This document shows positions 41,444-59,984 of a stretch of 64,000 bases of DNA, piece by piece; position 1 is the first letter of the stretch; each line of letters starts with the position of its first letter. The stretch is from the human T2T-CHM13v2.0 reference genome, Homo sapiens: NCBI RefSeq assembly GCF_009914755.1, contig NC_060940.1; one strand, written 5' to 3'. A program made the position numbers and the translations under genes. Under the pieces are notes generated by a model, which worked only from the letters and a program-made list of their open reading frames with translations, ran no database searches and was not told where the DNA came from.

Positions 41444-41896
41444 GTAGATGGTTGGTCTTTCCTCCAACCAATAATAGATGGCTTGTCCTTTCCATCGCCC
41501 ACCTTGGGCAAGGCAAACAGGACAGTGAAGGCAAGCACATCTCACAGACACCAGCATTCATGTGCTAATGAGGCTCACTACTAGTATTGCAAAGATGGGA
41601 AGTCAAACAGAATTATGTCCTTGCGAACATACAATAACTTGGAAAATTTTATTGAAAGACATTAAGTTTGCATACACACAAAAATGAGTGAAGAGTTTTT
41701 TGTTCCATTGAATAATTTAGAGGACATCTAAGAGAACACAAGTTTGAAATCTTATTATATTTTGTATAATGATACATAATAATTTCCATGATAAAGCTGA
41801 TGTGTATTGAGGAGATCATATGTGCCAAGCACTCACTGTGTGTTAAGCATATTCTATTCATTGTATCATTTAATCCTCAAAATATTATCACCGCCT

Positions 41897-42366
41897 GTAT
41901 TGATTGGGGTTTTCCAGAGAAACAGAACCAATGTCTAAACAGAGAGAGAGATTTCACGCAATTATGGAGGCTAACAAGTGCTGTCATCTGCAGGGTGAGG
42001 CAGCAAACTGGAGACCCCAGAGAACTGATGGTGTTAGTTCCAGTCCTAAGGCCAGCAGGCTCGAAACCCGGAAAGAGCAGTGTTTCAGTCTGAGTACAAA
42101 GGCAGAAAAAAGCCAATGGTGCAGTTTAAAAACCTTCAGGCAGGAGGAATTCTCTCTTACTTCGGAAAGGACCGACTTTTGCTCTATTCAGGTCTTCCGT
42201 GGATTGGATGAAGTCCACCCACATTAGGAGGGGCAACTGCTTTCCTCAATCTGCCAATTTAAATGACAATCATCCCAAAACGCCCTCACGAACACACCCA
42301 AAATGATGTTTAGGCAAATAGCTGTGCACCTGTATCCCTAAGAGTTAACACATAAAACCTACCATC
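41897..42366 (-). mobile_element. MLT2 LTR
   Basis: TGTATTGATTGGGGTTTTCCAGAGAAACAGAACCAAT...GTTAACACATAAAACCTACCATC. Confidence 0.88.
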
Positions 42367-42845
42367 CCATCACTCTTTCCAAATAGAAAAAGTGAGGCTC
42401 AGAGAGGTTAAGTCACTTCCCCAAAGTCACAGAGCTTCTTATAAGTGGTGGAGGGTTTGACTGAGGACCCATGCTCTATTGTAATCATAGAAAATCCTAG
42501 TGGAATTTTCCAATAGAATAAAACGCCTGCCCAGCTGCAGCCAAACGTTCCATAGACAATGTCTCTGGGCCTTTTGTGGCAGAAAAACCAACATAAGGAA
42601 AAGAAGGCTGGAGATGCCAGTTTTATCAAACTCCCATAAGGTAAAGGGAAATATCTTTCTGGGGAAAGGAGACTAAAGGAGAAAATTAACAGCCACTTTT
42701 CAGGGAGAGAGAAAGAGCAGGGACCCAGCCCCTCTGAGACTGTGGGCTGGGTGTGGCCTGAGCTGATTGGCAGCTCCATTGTAACTATACTGTAAAGGAA
42801 TGACTCTACCCAAACTGAGCTAAAGGAGAGTTTGAAGCATTTTTA

Positions 42846-43532
<687 letters not shown>

Positions 43533-43598
43533 TCAGCTCAAACAGTGTTACAGGACAGGCATTCTTGGTGCCATCAGATCCAATGTCCCATGTTTTAA

Positions 43599-43965
<367 letters not shown>

Positions 43966-44380
43966 TAACCCATCTACTCTTCTAACCAATCACAATTGTG
44001 CCCTAATTATAATAAAAAGGAGAAATGAAATGATGAGGATTTCTAATGAAATAATATATAGAGAAATGATATGGGTTTCCACCAGGAAAGACGGAGCGAA
44101 GCAGTCAAGTGCTCACACACGTGTGTGTAGAATAACCAGTGACAGTCACAAACGCAGACAGCGTGGTGTGTTGTCGCATCGGCTTTACTGAGAGTGCCAT
44201 GTTCTTCAAAAGAGTGGCTCTTTCTTGATAAATTCCCATACCAAACAGAGTCAAATCTTCTCTTGATTTACACCATAGCTGCTACATTCTTGGAAACATC
44301 AGTGTTCATTCAACACTTACATGTAAAATAGAACATGTAAACATATAAAATAGAATAGGCAGATAAAATAGAAGAAGGTT

Positions 44381-44753
<373 letters not shown>

Positions 44754-44830
44754 TCAAAAAACTACCCCACACCGTAATGACTCCCCCATCCCTATCATTA
44801 GGGCAACCAAAAGCTCTCTGCAGATTTAAA

Positions 44831-44844
44831 ACACACACACACAA

Positions 44845-44911
<67 letters not shown>

Positions 44912-44923
44912 AACACACACACA
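44831..44923. repeat. Interrupted (CA)n microsatellite
   Basis: About 93 bp of CA with periodic AA interruptions. Confidence 0.97.
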
Positions 44924-44992
44924 CGGGACAATTCAGTCCCCAGTGAGAACCTCTGTAATAAAAGGTCCAATTCCTAACCCGCAATAATATTC

Positions 44993-45286
<294 letters not shown>

Positions 45287-45557
45287 CACAATAATATTCT
45301 TAAAGTCCCCTTTCCCGCCTCCTCAGTTCTCCCACAATTCCCAGTTTCCCCAGAACAAACCCCAAGAGATTTCTCTGCCCTTCCCCCCACCCCCAGGCAG
45401 AGATGTCTTCCAACTCTTCCCCAGCACTGTAACTCTCCACTCTGGTCAAGTGGACTCCACCTTGGGGAAAGAATGTTTGTACCGGGCACCAAACTAGACT
45501 TTGGAGATACACTAGTTCTTAGTATCTGCTAGTGTGATAATTAAGGTAATTATTTAG

Positions 45558-46208
<651 letters not shown>

Positions 46209-46313
46209 GCTTAGGCACTAAACAAGTGCTTTCAAGCACCTACTATATGCCAGACACTAAGGTAATAGAGAGGGGAGACAATCAACAAGAAGCATTCTTT
46301 CTCAAAAGTTTTA

Positions 46314-46652
46314 GGCTAGGCACAGTGGCTAAAGCCTATAATCCCAGTACTTTGGGAGGTCGCGGCAGGAGGGTCAATTGAATGCAGGAGTCCAAGACCA
46401 GCCTAGGCAACATAGTAAGACCCCGTCTCCTCAAAAAATGCAAAAAAAAAAAAAAAAATTAGTTGAGCATGGCAGTGTGTGCCTGTAGTCCCAGGTAGTT
46501 GGGAGGCTGAGGTGGGAGGATCACTTGAGCCCAGGAGGTCAAGGCTGCAGTGAGCCAAGCCATGATGGTGCAATGGCACTGCAGCCTGGGAGACAGAGTG
46601 AGACCCTGTCTCAAATAAATAAATAAGTTAATTAATTAATTAATTAAATTAA
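46314..46652 (+). mobile_element. AluJ
   Basis: Full dimer with TAAA/TTAA tail. Confidence 0.93.
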
Positions 46653-46711
46653 AAGCATGTTATTCAGAATCACATAGACTTGGGCTCAGCTCTTCAGCCA
46701 TAAGCATGTTT

Positions 46712-47205
46712 CTTTTCTCTTTTTCTTTTTTTTTTTTTTTGTTGAGACAGAGCCTTGCTCTGTCACCCAGGTTGGAGTGCAGTGGCACAATCTTGGCTGA
46801 CTGCAACCTCCACCTCGTGAGGTCAAGCGATTCTCCTACCTCAGCTTCCTGAGTAGCTGGGATTACAGGCACGTGCCACGATGCTCGGCTAATATTTGTT
46901 TTCCTTTTTTTTTTTTTTTTTTGAGACGGAGTTTCGCTCTTTTTGCCCAGGCTGGAGTGCAATGGTGCAATCTCAGCTCACTGCAACCTCCTGCCTTCCG
47001 GGTTCATTCGATTCTCCTGTCTCAGCTTCCCGAGTAACTGGGATTACAGGTGCATGCCACCACACCTGGCCTAATGTTTGTATTTTTAGTAGAGACAGGG
47101 TTTCACCATGTTGGCCAGGCTGATCTCGAATGCTGAACCTCATGATCTGCCCACCTCAGCCTCCCAAAGTGCTGGGATTACAAGCGTGAGCCACCGCGCC
47201 CGGCC
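46712..47205 (-). mobile_element. Three-arm AluS (left-right-tail-right) in a MIR
   Basis: Extra right arm 46712-46900; single TSD CAT(A/G)AGCATGTTTCTT at 46700 and 47206. Confidence 0.92.
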
Positions 47206-48273
47206 CATGAGCATGTTTCTTGACCTCAGTTTCCCCTTCTGTAAAGCATGGTGTGGATTGTTCACCTCGCATGGGCATGTGAATATCAAATGAGACATCC
47301 TGTGCAATGTGCCTCAGACAAAGAAAGGAGATCAGCAAATAATATTTCCTTTCTAGTTCATCCTCTCTTCCCATGTATGCCAAGAAAGCAGGCGAGATTG
47401 AGTGAGGGAGGTCATATCCTCTTTGTCTAAATGTTTTCTTGTTAGAGAACATCTTTCTTCTTAACATCCCTTCCTACATAAAGAATCTCTGTCAGAGGAA
47501 TATTAAAAGGCCCTAACCTACAGTTAGATGGAAGGCGAGACTCCGATCTCACAGCTGAATCACTTTAGTCTACCTCTCTACCCATCTAATGCTACCCCCT
47601 TCAAAAATAATAATAATAATATGAAAGTTGGGAAGTGGAAAACCATCCTCTGGAGTTTTCAAAAACTAATTCCATTGTAATCATAGAAGACTGAAGGCAG
47701 GATTCATGACACATTTCTCTTCCTCCTGGGCAGATGAATCTACAATTTGTATTTGATTTTAAATGTGATTCTCCTGCATCTTCAGTGGGTTTGATTGATA
47801 GAGCACATGGGGCCACTCAGTAAAATGATACAGTGGAGATCAAAGCCGGAAAGATAATTTTTGCCAAAATGTCTGCAGCCGACAGTGAGTTATAAGCCTT
47901 TGTCTCCCACTTTACGGAACACAATTTTATTTAAAGCCGAAATCTGTCACTTTGGTATTGTTTATTGAAATGCATCCCATACCACGGTCCCGTGAAGAAC
48001 AACGTCAAGTCAAAAGGTAAAAAAATCCAATGGTTACAAACAGCCCAGGACCAAATAAAGGAGGGAGAATGCTTCCAATCTGCGTAAATATTACCCACCA
48101 GTGATGCATTTGGGGCAAGCAATGAAGTCATTCATCTGCAAAGTAAATATCTGGCATTGTCAGAGGTGCCTGACACAGCCCCATAAACCCAGTGAGTTCT
48201 GTTCCATTCAGCAGCTCACACATCTCTATTTGATAACTTTGCTTTATTTATGGGTCCACAATGGGAGTCATAA

Positions 48274-48732
<459 letters not shown>

Positions 48733-49409
48733 TTGCACAGCTTTTTTAAACCTTTTTTTTTTTTTTGCATTCATTCACGCTTTTCATACATCATGATTGA
48801 GGATCTACCCTGCAGACTGTATGGAGTTATCTAGAAGGCAGGAAGGCAGAGAACTAAAACCTTTGGTTAAAATATCTGGGGTTGAGCTCAGTGTTTCCTG
48901 CTCTCCAGCTATGTGACCTTGATCGGGTCTCTTCACCTGTCTGAACCTCAGTTTCCCCACTGCAAAGTGGAGAGCAAATGAGACCATGGACTTGGAAATG
49001 CTTCATACATTTCTGAGTGCCTCACAGATATGAAGCCCAAAGATAGCACCATTCTAGGCTCTGTCAGGACAATGAGGCCAAAGTTGTCACTGATGCCATA
49101 AAGTTGTCTCTACAGCGAAAGGTCCCTGGAATTAGCAGGAGGCTTTTGTGGAGCAAATGCCTCCTTTTCTGCGTAGAAAGTGAGATGCCTCAATCACTCT
49201 GCCTAGATGCCTCTAGATGCCTCAATTCCTCTGCCACCAACAGACTCTGTGACATTGGGTCACTTTTGAGATTCCTGGGTCCTGCCTACTTCACCAGAAT
49301 GTCATGTTCTGGAACCTTCTCAGTCTCCAACCTCATCACTCACAAGCTTTTCTTATGCTTTGATAGATGCTACAATTGCTTGTCAAAAAAAGAGCCTCAT
49401 CTTCTCCGT

Positions 49410-49900
49410 TGCTAAGAGAACCCCAATTTTTAAAGTATTGAACAGTCACATGCTTTAGGAGAAGTTGCCCTTCTGAGCCTCAAGGAGTGAATCTTGACTG
49501 ACCTAAACTAATCATAGTAATACTGACCCCCTGTCTAGTGATTGCTTTCGAATAGGCACGTGACCCATTGTGACCAATGAGAGTTGATGGAAATTTCCTC
49601 CTTGCTGTCAACAATGGACACAAGGAAGACACATTTTCTCCTCTGACCTTTGGACATTGAACGTTATTGTGTTAGGATGTGATGTAAGGCACTGTGGCAC
49701 CCATTTTGTGCTCATTAGAGGAAAAGACTGGAATTAAGCCCTTGCTCTGTAAGTCAGAGCACAAAGATGGCAAGAGCCCAGGTCTTTGATGATACAACTG
49801 AACTACTGAATAAACCAACCCTAGACTCACCTACCCCCAAATTCCTTTTAATGTGAGAGAATAATGTCCCATCTTGTTTAAGCAATTTCAGGTTTCCATT
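49410..49900 (+). mobile_element. Old MLT1 (J/K-like) LTR
   Basis: GGCACGTGACCCATTGTGACCAATGAGA..CCATTTTGTG..TGTTTAAGCAATTTCAGGTTTCCATTACTT. Confidence 0.7.
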
Positions 49901-51008
49901 ACTTACTAATGAATATATTTGGATTCCAAGTTGTTATTTCCTTGCATGGAATGCTTCTGACACAACTCACCCTTGCTAGCCTCAAGGGTGGTGGCCGAAC
50001 TGGGGAGGGTCCAAGAGGAATTGCAAAAAACAGAGCTGCAAGGAGCAGCCTTATCTCTGACCGCTGTGGTGAGCCCTCCACTTTGTATACCCTCCCCCAA
50101 CCGTGTGACTCTGGATCAGCCAATCAGGTGATCTCTCTTGGCACCTTGACTCATGATGCAAGAACACAGGCCCTATTGGGTTTCCATGAATTCTCTGCAG
50201 GGAGAGCAGGGGTCCCCAGATCAGCCTATCCCTAACGCATGCCCTTGGAGGAGTTGCCACTATAAAGCTATCTGGAGTCACCTTGTATGGGGTGTTTTCC
50301 AAGGCTGGGCCTTCAGCAGTGCCTTCGGCATGTTCTCTTTCTTTGGTAAGAGTCAGTTTCTGGGGTGAACAACTGAGAACTCAGGGACATAGACAAGAAA
50401 TCATGTCTCATTCTTAAAAGCCTCAGCACAAGTCCTGGCATAGAGTAAGTGTTGATGGGAGGTTGGATGAATGAATAAAGGAGTGAGAAAGTTAATTGCT
50501 TCCCTTCTCTGGGCTGCTGTATCAATCAAGGTTGTGGCAGGAAATACATAGTAAACTGAAATGGGGTAACTAAAAAGAGTTTAGCAAAGGGCTATATATA
50601 GCTGTATAAGTGGGATTAAAAAAAACAAAAACAAAAAGGGAGGTTGCAGTAGCCCTAACTAGCAGCAGTGAGGAGCCATTTCTACCCCTAGACCTGGAGG
50701 GGAAATAGTTATGGAACCCAAGGAGAGTAGCCACAGTCTTCAGGGAAAGACAGCTGCCTGGCAGGAGCTTCCAACCTATGGCAACCCAACAGGAAGGAGC
50801 CACAGAAATAAATATCCGAATCCCTCTCTCCTCCCACCTTCTAGTATTCTATGATCCCCACCCCATTGGCCAAACCCAAGCAGCCACAAGAGGATGGGAG
50901 ACCACATGTGATGTAGTCCATAGAAGTCAGCCTCCTGGGGTACAAAGCAGGAAATGGGGGTGGACAGTGGATGTAAAGGAGCAAATACAAAATATCCGGC
51001 ACAGATAT

Positions 51009-51375
51009 TGCTATGGTTTGCATGTGTTCCCCAAAGTTCGAGTGCTGGAAACTTAATCCCTGATGCAACCGTGTTGAGAGGTGAGGCCTTCAAGAGGTGT
51101 TTGGATCATGGGGACATCATCTTTCTGAATGGATTAATGCCTTTATCATGGGAGCGGGCTGGTTTTCACAGGAGTAGGTGCTCTCTCTCACCCTCTCTCT
51201 CACCCATGTGATGCCTTGGGTCACACCATGATGCAGCAAGAAGGCCTTCACCAGATGTAAGCTCTCAACCTCGGACTTCCCAGCCTCCAGAACTGTGAGC
51301 CAAGTAAATTTCTATTCATTGTAAATTACCTGGTCTGTGGTATTCTGTTATAGCAGCACAAAATGGACTAAGACA
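51009..51375 (+). mobile_element. MSTD/MLT1A-like LTR
   Basis: TGCTATGGTTTGCATGTGTTCCCCAAAG...GCACAAAATGGACTAAGACA; flanks GATAT/GATAG. Confidence 0.88.
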
Positions 51376-52113
51376 GATAGTATCTAGTGATAGGATAGAC
51401 TACAAGAATCTCTTTCACCCAGATCCTGCAGCCACAAAAGGGCCAACGCTCTTTGGAGAGTTTATCTCTCACCCAAGCAGCCACCAGCATCATCAGCAAA
51501 CAGCAATGTTCCTCTACACGCTTGTGTGTTTCCTTCATTGGTACAAGTTTCCACCATTGTTTTGCTCATAAGAGAAACCATTCTCCAAAGCCCAGAGTAA
51601 TTATAGAGCCCATAAGTCTTGGGGCTTTCTGAATTTGAAGCAGATTCAGGGCTCAAGAGAGCCAAGAAGTCATATCAATGCCAGGAATCTGGACCCCAGG
51701 CAGACAGCGTGGATAACCTACCCCAACAGAGGTGCAGGCTCTCTTCCTTTCACCCAAAAAATAGCAAACACATTTATTGATCACCGTGGGCCTTTTCCTT
51801 CCACCTGGAGGTTAGCAGGAACTTTCAAAGGTTTAGTGTCATCCATATCCCATTGTCTTCTTCATGCACAGAAAAGACAAACTTCTTCATCTCTGGAAAG
51901 GAGACATGGACTCACACTCCCCTTATTCTGAATTTTTGCCCACTAAGCCATTTCACAGGAAGTTAGCCATGGTTTGTGGATTTTTAAATGCTTCTGGGAG
52001 GAGAAGGATTTACTAGTGATAAGAAATAAAAATGCAAATGTTTTACTGATGAGATATGCATGTAAAGTGCTTGATATAATGCCTGACATGGAAAAAACAC
52101 TCAATAAACGTTA

Positions 52114-52975
<862 letters not shown>

Positions 52976-53460
52976 AACAACAAGCATTTATCATCTAATT
53001 GTCTGGATTTGGAACCCACAAGCCAACTCAGCTAAGTGCTCTGGCTTAGGGTCTCCAATGAGGCTGCAGGTAAGATGTCAGCCAGGACTGCAGTCATCTG
53101 AGCGTTTCTGGGGCTGAAGACTAGGCTTCCAGGCTCACTGTGTGGTTGTCTCTATTCCTTACTGGCTCTTAGACAGAAACCTCAATTCCTCACCACGTGG
53201 GCCTCTCCATAAAGTGCCTTAGTGTCCTCAAAACATGGCAGCTGGCTTCCTCCAAAGCGACTGATCCAAGAAAGAGAAAGAAAGAGCCAACAATGGAAGC
53301 TGCAGTCTTTCATGACGTAATCGCGGAAGTGACATAACATCACTTCTGCGGCATTGGTCACACACGAGCCCCAACATGGATCTTTCCAGCGTGGGAGGGG
53401 ACTAAACAAGGTGTGAATGGCAGCAGGCAGGGATTGTTGCGGGCCATCTTGAAAACTGGT
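52976..53460 (-). mobile_element. MLT1 (F/G-like) LTR
   Basis: CTGGCTTAGGGTCTC..CACGTGGGCCTCTCCAT..AACATGGCAGCTGGCTTCC..GGCCATCTTG. Confidence 0.82.
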
Positions 53461-53508
53461 TCCCTCAGAGGAGAGCTGGAAGGCTGGGGACAAGGACACA
53501 AGAGAGGC

Positions 53509-53825
<317 letters not shown>

Positions 53826-54475
53826 TGTCTGTAATCTTTAAAAGTAATAGCATATTAGCTCTGAGGGTCGGTTGGATTTTCTTTTTTAAACAGTTGGCAG
53901 TCATTTGTAGCCAAGTCAGGTGAAAAGGGTAGGTGATCAAGCTCATTACAATTTTTATTGAAATAAAATTTATCTTTAGTAACGAGATTGATTTTTTGTG
54001 TGTGACTCCGGAGGGCAGTTTGCCCAGAGCAGTGGTTTTCAAACTCTTAACAAACTATCCCTGAGAGGAAAAGAGAATGAATTCATACTCTGTGGAGTGT
54101 AGCCCAAAATAACCTCTGCAAAGGTGAAATTTTCTTTGAAGTCTTATTTTACCTTAGGTATTTGTGAACTCTGCGTTCTATTTTGTGCCACATGTGTTTT
54201 AAGTTACTATTACTCTACTAAAGTTTATTCATCCTCCAGGAAGATGATGATGTTTGTACTGTAGTTTTTTATGTCCCAGGGATACAGCAGGGTTCCCCAA
54301 GGGTATCTGTTGGCCTAGTTTGAGACTCTTGGCTCTGTTAGTGGGAGTCTCAAACTATGCTCCAGGCTGCTGATTGTTCTGAGGGATTTCTCTTTCTTTC
54401 TAACACTAAGAAATAGGAAACACAGTTTTCAGTTTAAAAATAACATAATTACAAAGTGTAGAAAAGTCTCTCTTG

Positions 54476-54769
<294 letters not shown>

Positions 54770-54844
54770 TTACAGGCAAAAGAGGTTGCCCATGTTCTCA
54801 TCATTGGCAGCAGCAGCATCAAAATATGGCACCCACTCCAGTGA

Positions 54845-55246
<402 letters not shown>

Positions 55247-56437
55247 TAATGTAGCTCATGACCACAAACGGAGTTTGGTTTCCTTGCTCTCTCTTTTTCC
55301 CATTTGGTACTTTTCTTTCTCTCCCATGCACTCCTCTTCAAACCAAAAGTGAATCTTGTTATTTCTTGAAAAATGTGTAGATGTTGAAGGGATGAAAAAC
55401 CTGAACTCTAACGTCTGACTATCTGAACCCAAATTCTAGCCGCCCCACTCAGTTGCTGTGTGACCGTGAGTAAGTTCTTACCCTCTCTGAGCCTGTTTCT
55501 TCACTTGGAAAATAAAAGTATACACATATACAGCTGTTAGCCAGAACTCAGCCTAGGGTAACCTTTCAATAAATATTAGCATCATCAAGGAAATCGCTTG
55601 ACAAATTAATTTTCATTAAGCAATGAGGGTCTATAACAGTGATGACTTCTGACCAACCAACCAGCCCAATGGCTGACAAAGGACTGATAACACTTTACAT
55701 TTTTATAATTTCCCTAGATTTCAAATTCTCCATAAGGAGCAAGTACAGTTTTTATAATCAGACATAGAACTCGCGTTCACTCTGCTCATCCTGACCCTAG
55801 CCACTGGCCACCAATTTCTGGGTTGGCTGCTCCAACCTGAGAACACAGCTACTGGAATCAGAGGCAGAGGAGCTCCTCTTGCGTTCGTTGTTGGTTTCCC
55901 TTGGTTTTGTAAAAATAAATAAATAATAAAATAGGGATACACCCTTCAGACAGCAGGTAACTTCCTAAGCTAAGATGAACAGGAGGAAATTTAAATGTCT
56001 TTCCCCGGTTCAAATCCCCTACCCTCTCCCATCTGCCTACCCTGGGCTCCAACACTCGGGAGAAAGACCATAAGTCGTTCAGATGATGCTTTGGAGCTGG
56101 ACAATCAATCGTGATCAAAAACAGGGGCATGGGAGCCTGGCTAACGTGGAGGGATGGGAGAAAATCAGGCTGAATTAGAGAAGGGTACATTGTGGAGTGT
56201 GTTTTACAACGCCATTAGTTCTAAGCACATAAGGATTTCAAATCAAGGAGCATCCACACACACACAAACTCTTGGATTCCTTAAGAGATAAGGCGGATCC
56301 AAAATTAGCATATAGATCAGAGGCATGCAGTTGAGTGCTGCTAAAGTGGGCTATAAATGCTTGGGGGAAAATAGTTGTTTTTCTGAAGAAACTTTACAAC
56401 ATTCCAAAATCTTGTCCAGGAAGTGTGAACTCTAAGT

Positions 56438-57250
56438 CCAATGGACTGAACTGTGTCCCCTCAAAATTGATATGTTGAAGCCTTAACTTCCATTATGATG
56501 GTATTAGGAGGTGGGCTTTTTTGGAAGACTATTAGTTTAGATGAGATCATGAGGATGAGGTCTTCGTGATGGAATTAGCATCCTTACAAGAAAAGACACC
56601 AGACGGCTTGCTCTCTTGCTCTGTCTCTCCTCTTCCCTCCCTCCCTCTCTACCTCCGCTCCCCCCACCCCCCACTTCCTCCGTCATGTGAGAATGCAGAG
56701 AGAAAGCAGCTTTCTGCAAGCCAGGAGGAGGGTCCGCTGGGAGCTACATCAGCCAGATTGTGGCACTTCTCAGCCTCCAAAACTGTGAGAAATAGATTTC
56801 TGTTGCTTAAGCCATCCAGTTTATACTATTTTGTTATTTGCAGCCTGATATGGTTCGGATTTGTGTCCCCACCCAAATCTCGTGTCGAATCGTAATCCCC
56901 AGTGTTGGAGGAGGGGCCTGGGGGAAGGGGATTGGATCACGGGGACAGACTTGCCCCTTGCTGTTCTCATGACAGTGAGTGAGTTCTCACAAGATCTGGT
57001 TGTTTAAAAGTGTGTAGCACTTTCCCCTTTGCTCTCTTCCTCCTACTCCAGCCATGTAGGACATGCCAGCTTCCCTTTCACCTTCTGCCATGATTGTAAG
57101 TTTCCTGAGGCTTCCTCAGCTATGCTTCCTGTACAGCCTGCAAAACTGTGAGCCAATTAAACCTCTTTTCTTTATAAATTACCCAGTCTCAGGTATTTCT
57201 TTATAACAATGCAAGAAGAGACTAATACACAGCCCAAACTAACTAAGACA
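56438..57250 (+). mobile_element. MLT1A/B-like LTR with nested MST LTR (56847-57229)
   Basis: ATGGACTGAACTGTGTCCCC..TTGCAGCC|TGATATGGTTCGG...GACTAATACA|CAGCC: TSD CAGCC; MLT1 end CTAAGACA follows. Confidence 0.9.
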
Positions 57251-57636
57251 AACCCACTCTGACCCATTCTGACACCCAAACTAACTAAGTCCTGGTTTGA
57301 ACCCTTCACTATTGTGTCACCTTGGGGCAAGTCACCCAACTTCTCCAAATGTTTGTTTCCCACCAGGAAGATGGAAATGACAGTACCTCTCCTTCCTACC
57401 CCGCAAACCTATCAGGAGGATCGAAAGGGACATGGCAAGCAAATACTTTCTAAACTGTAAAGTGCTGTGCAAATGCAAGACAGCATTACTCTCTTTTTAT
57501 GGAGTTATTTATACTCTACCTGGTTACAGCAGAGGATTTATGGTAGATGTCAGTAAGACTCTTTATTTTGAATTTTAAGAGAGAAATAAGAATCTTTGTT
57601 ATCTGTAGAGAAACAAATATAATTTCCATGGGGCAC

Positions 57637-57689
57637 TAATATAATATAATATAATATAATATAATATAATATAATATAATATAATATAA
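57637..57689. repeat. (AATAT)n pentanucleotide STR, ~10 copies
   Basis: TAATATAATATAAT... perfect run. Confidence 0.97.
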
Positions 57690-58889
57690 ATATACCTTAC
57701 CGAATAAACCCTTTGCTCAGACGTAGTGAAAAGGTAAATTCCCCTTCAACCTAATGAAGTTTCAGTCGCTCACATTTTCTGAATTTGCCGAACAGAAATG
57801 CGATCAGGTGCCTACTAAGTGCAGTACCCAGCACGATGTCTAACATTGAAACATACAGTGTATACACCAGCACCTCCACCAAACCCATATCCAGCATGCA
57901 AAACATACCCTTTTCAAGTCGGAAGCACATAGATAGATTTTTTGGAGTTCAAAAGGTCTTAATGCAAACTGGCTCCAATTCCTTTTTTTTTTTTTTTTTT
58001 AAATCTTTGAAACATTGGTTAAGTCTTCTCAGAGCTATCATTTTGCACACATGGAAACTTTAGACCATCCATCCTTCAAGTGTCTTGGGGTAATTAGAGA
58101 TACTGAAGGTTAAGGACCTAGCATACTACTAATAGATTTTCAACAAATGGTAGCTACTGTTATTTCTCATCATTGCAGATTTAAGAGTGCCAATTCTCAG
58201 AGCACTTCAGATAAAAACCCTACCTTTCTTAAGGCAAAAAACAACGGCATTAACTTTTTTTTTTAATTAACCTAAGTTCCCATTATGTTTAGAGAAGAGA
58301 TCACAATGATAAATGCTTGCCCTGTCTCTCTTTTTTAAAAATTTACTGTTCTTACATGTGACATATACTGTGGTACTTAGTGTCACCCTACAAAGAATAA
58401 ATTTAAATTGAAGAAACAGAAACACGGGAGAGTCCTTGTTTGGGTTTAATTTGTATCTGACTACAATAAAATTCTATCCTGGAAGCTAGAGTCATAAAAC
58501 TAAAAGTCAGGAAGGAAAAGAATGGCTAATTAAGCTCCAAAACTAAAAGCTCTTTCTTTATTGCTATTTCTTTAAGTCCTAACAATTGGTCAGGCACAGG
58601 GTCTTAGCTGTGCCATTCTAGTTAATGGTCGGTTACAAATTTCCACCATAAACTCATCTTCCTTCTAGCAACTTAAATCTCAGGCACTGGGATGTAATAA
58701 GGAGAGAAAGCTCTTAGGCCCAGGGCAATCTCTCTCTCAATCCCAATCTCCCTTCCCCCCATCCCTATCCCACCACAGTAACTGTTAGTAAGAGCTTTTG
58801 GTTGCATGCCCAGAAATCTAACTCTGGCTAAATTAATCAAGAAACGAATATACTGGTTTACCCAGCTGAGGTCATTTACGGAAAGGGAA

Positions 58890-59283
58890 TGCTAAGGTTT
58901 GAATGTGTCTCCTCCAAAATTCATGTTGAAACTTAATCCTTATTGCAGTGGTATTAAGAGGTGGGGCCTTTTAGGAAGTGATTCAGTCAGGAGGGCTTGG
59001 CCCTTAAGGAATGAATTCATGCCTTATAAAGGGGTAGAGGGAACTAACTTAGGCCCTTTTGCCCTTCCACCTTCCACATATGAGGATACAGCATTCATGC
59101 CCTCCAGAGGACACAAGGCACCACCTTAGAAGTAAGGAACAGAGCCCCTTACCAGACACAAAATGTGCCTGTGCCTTGATCCTGGACTCCTCAGCCTCCA
59201 GAACGGTGAGAAATAAGTTTCTGTCCTTTATAAGTTATCTAGTCTTGGGTATTTTGTTACAGCAGCAAAAACAGACTAAGACA
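58890..59283 (+). mobile_element. MSTD/MLT1A-like LTR
   Basis: TGCTAAGGTTTGAATGTGTCTCCTCC...ACAGACTAAGACA; flanks GGGAA/GGAAG. Confidence 0.88.
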
Positions 59284-59358
59284 GGAAGAGAAAAGAACCA
59301 GAGCCCCAGGGACTAGAAACAGGACTCACTGCCTCAAAGTACATGTATACTCTCTCTC

Positions 59359-59404
<46 letters not shown>

Positions 59405-59984
59405 CATTTCTCTTCACTGTTTGTCTTTGCTCAGCCTTATTCTCCATCTCTCTCCATGTGGGAGGGCAAGTAGAGGCTGGCACCTCCAGATATATATCCT
59501 CTCTGTTCAAGAACCACAATAAGTTAATCCCCAGGGAAGATTCTGATGCCTGTGCCACTCCAAGGTCCAACACTGCTGGGTGGATAGAGCCTGATGTTTG
59601 ACCAGATATGTGCCACTTACCAACCATAGCAGACACTGGCAATGGCCACCCATGTCCCTTGGACCCTCCCCATCCCATACAAGCTGAAGGCCTCCCTCTG
59701 CAAGCACCTGCAACTCCCCACCTGAAGGCCTTTTCTCGGCCTCGGCAAGACAGGCCAGAAGTTCAAGGATGTCAAAGTCCCTGAGAGAATCCCTTGGTCA
59801 ATGTCAGATGAGTGATGAAAGATAAATATCTCAGTTTTCTCAACACTCAGGTGGGACACTTTGAGGTGTGTTCCATGCCATCAACCAAAGCCCATCAAAA
59901 GGACCAAGCCCCGGCTGCCCATAGAAGTAACTTACTCATTACCTTGCTCTATTCTGGTTTAGATTTCCTTGTCTCATTTTGCCC

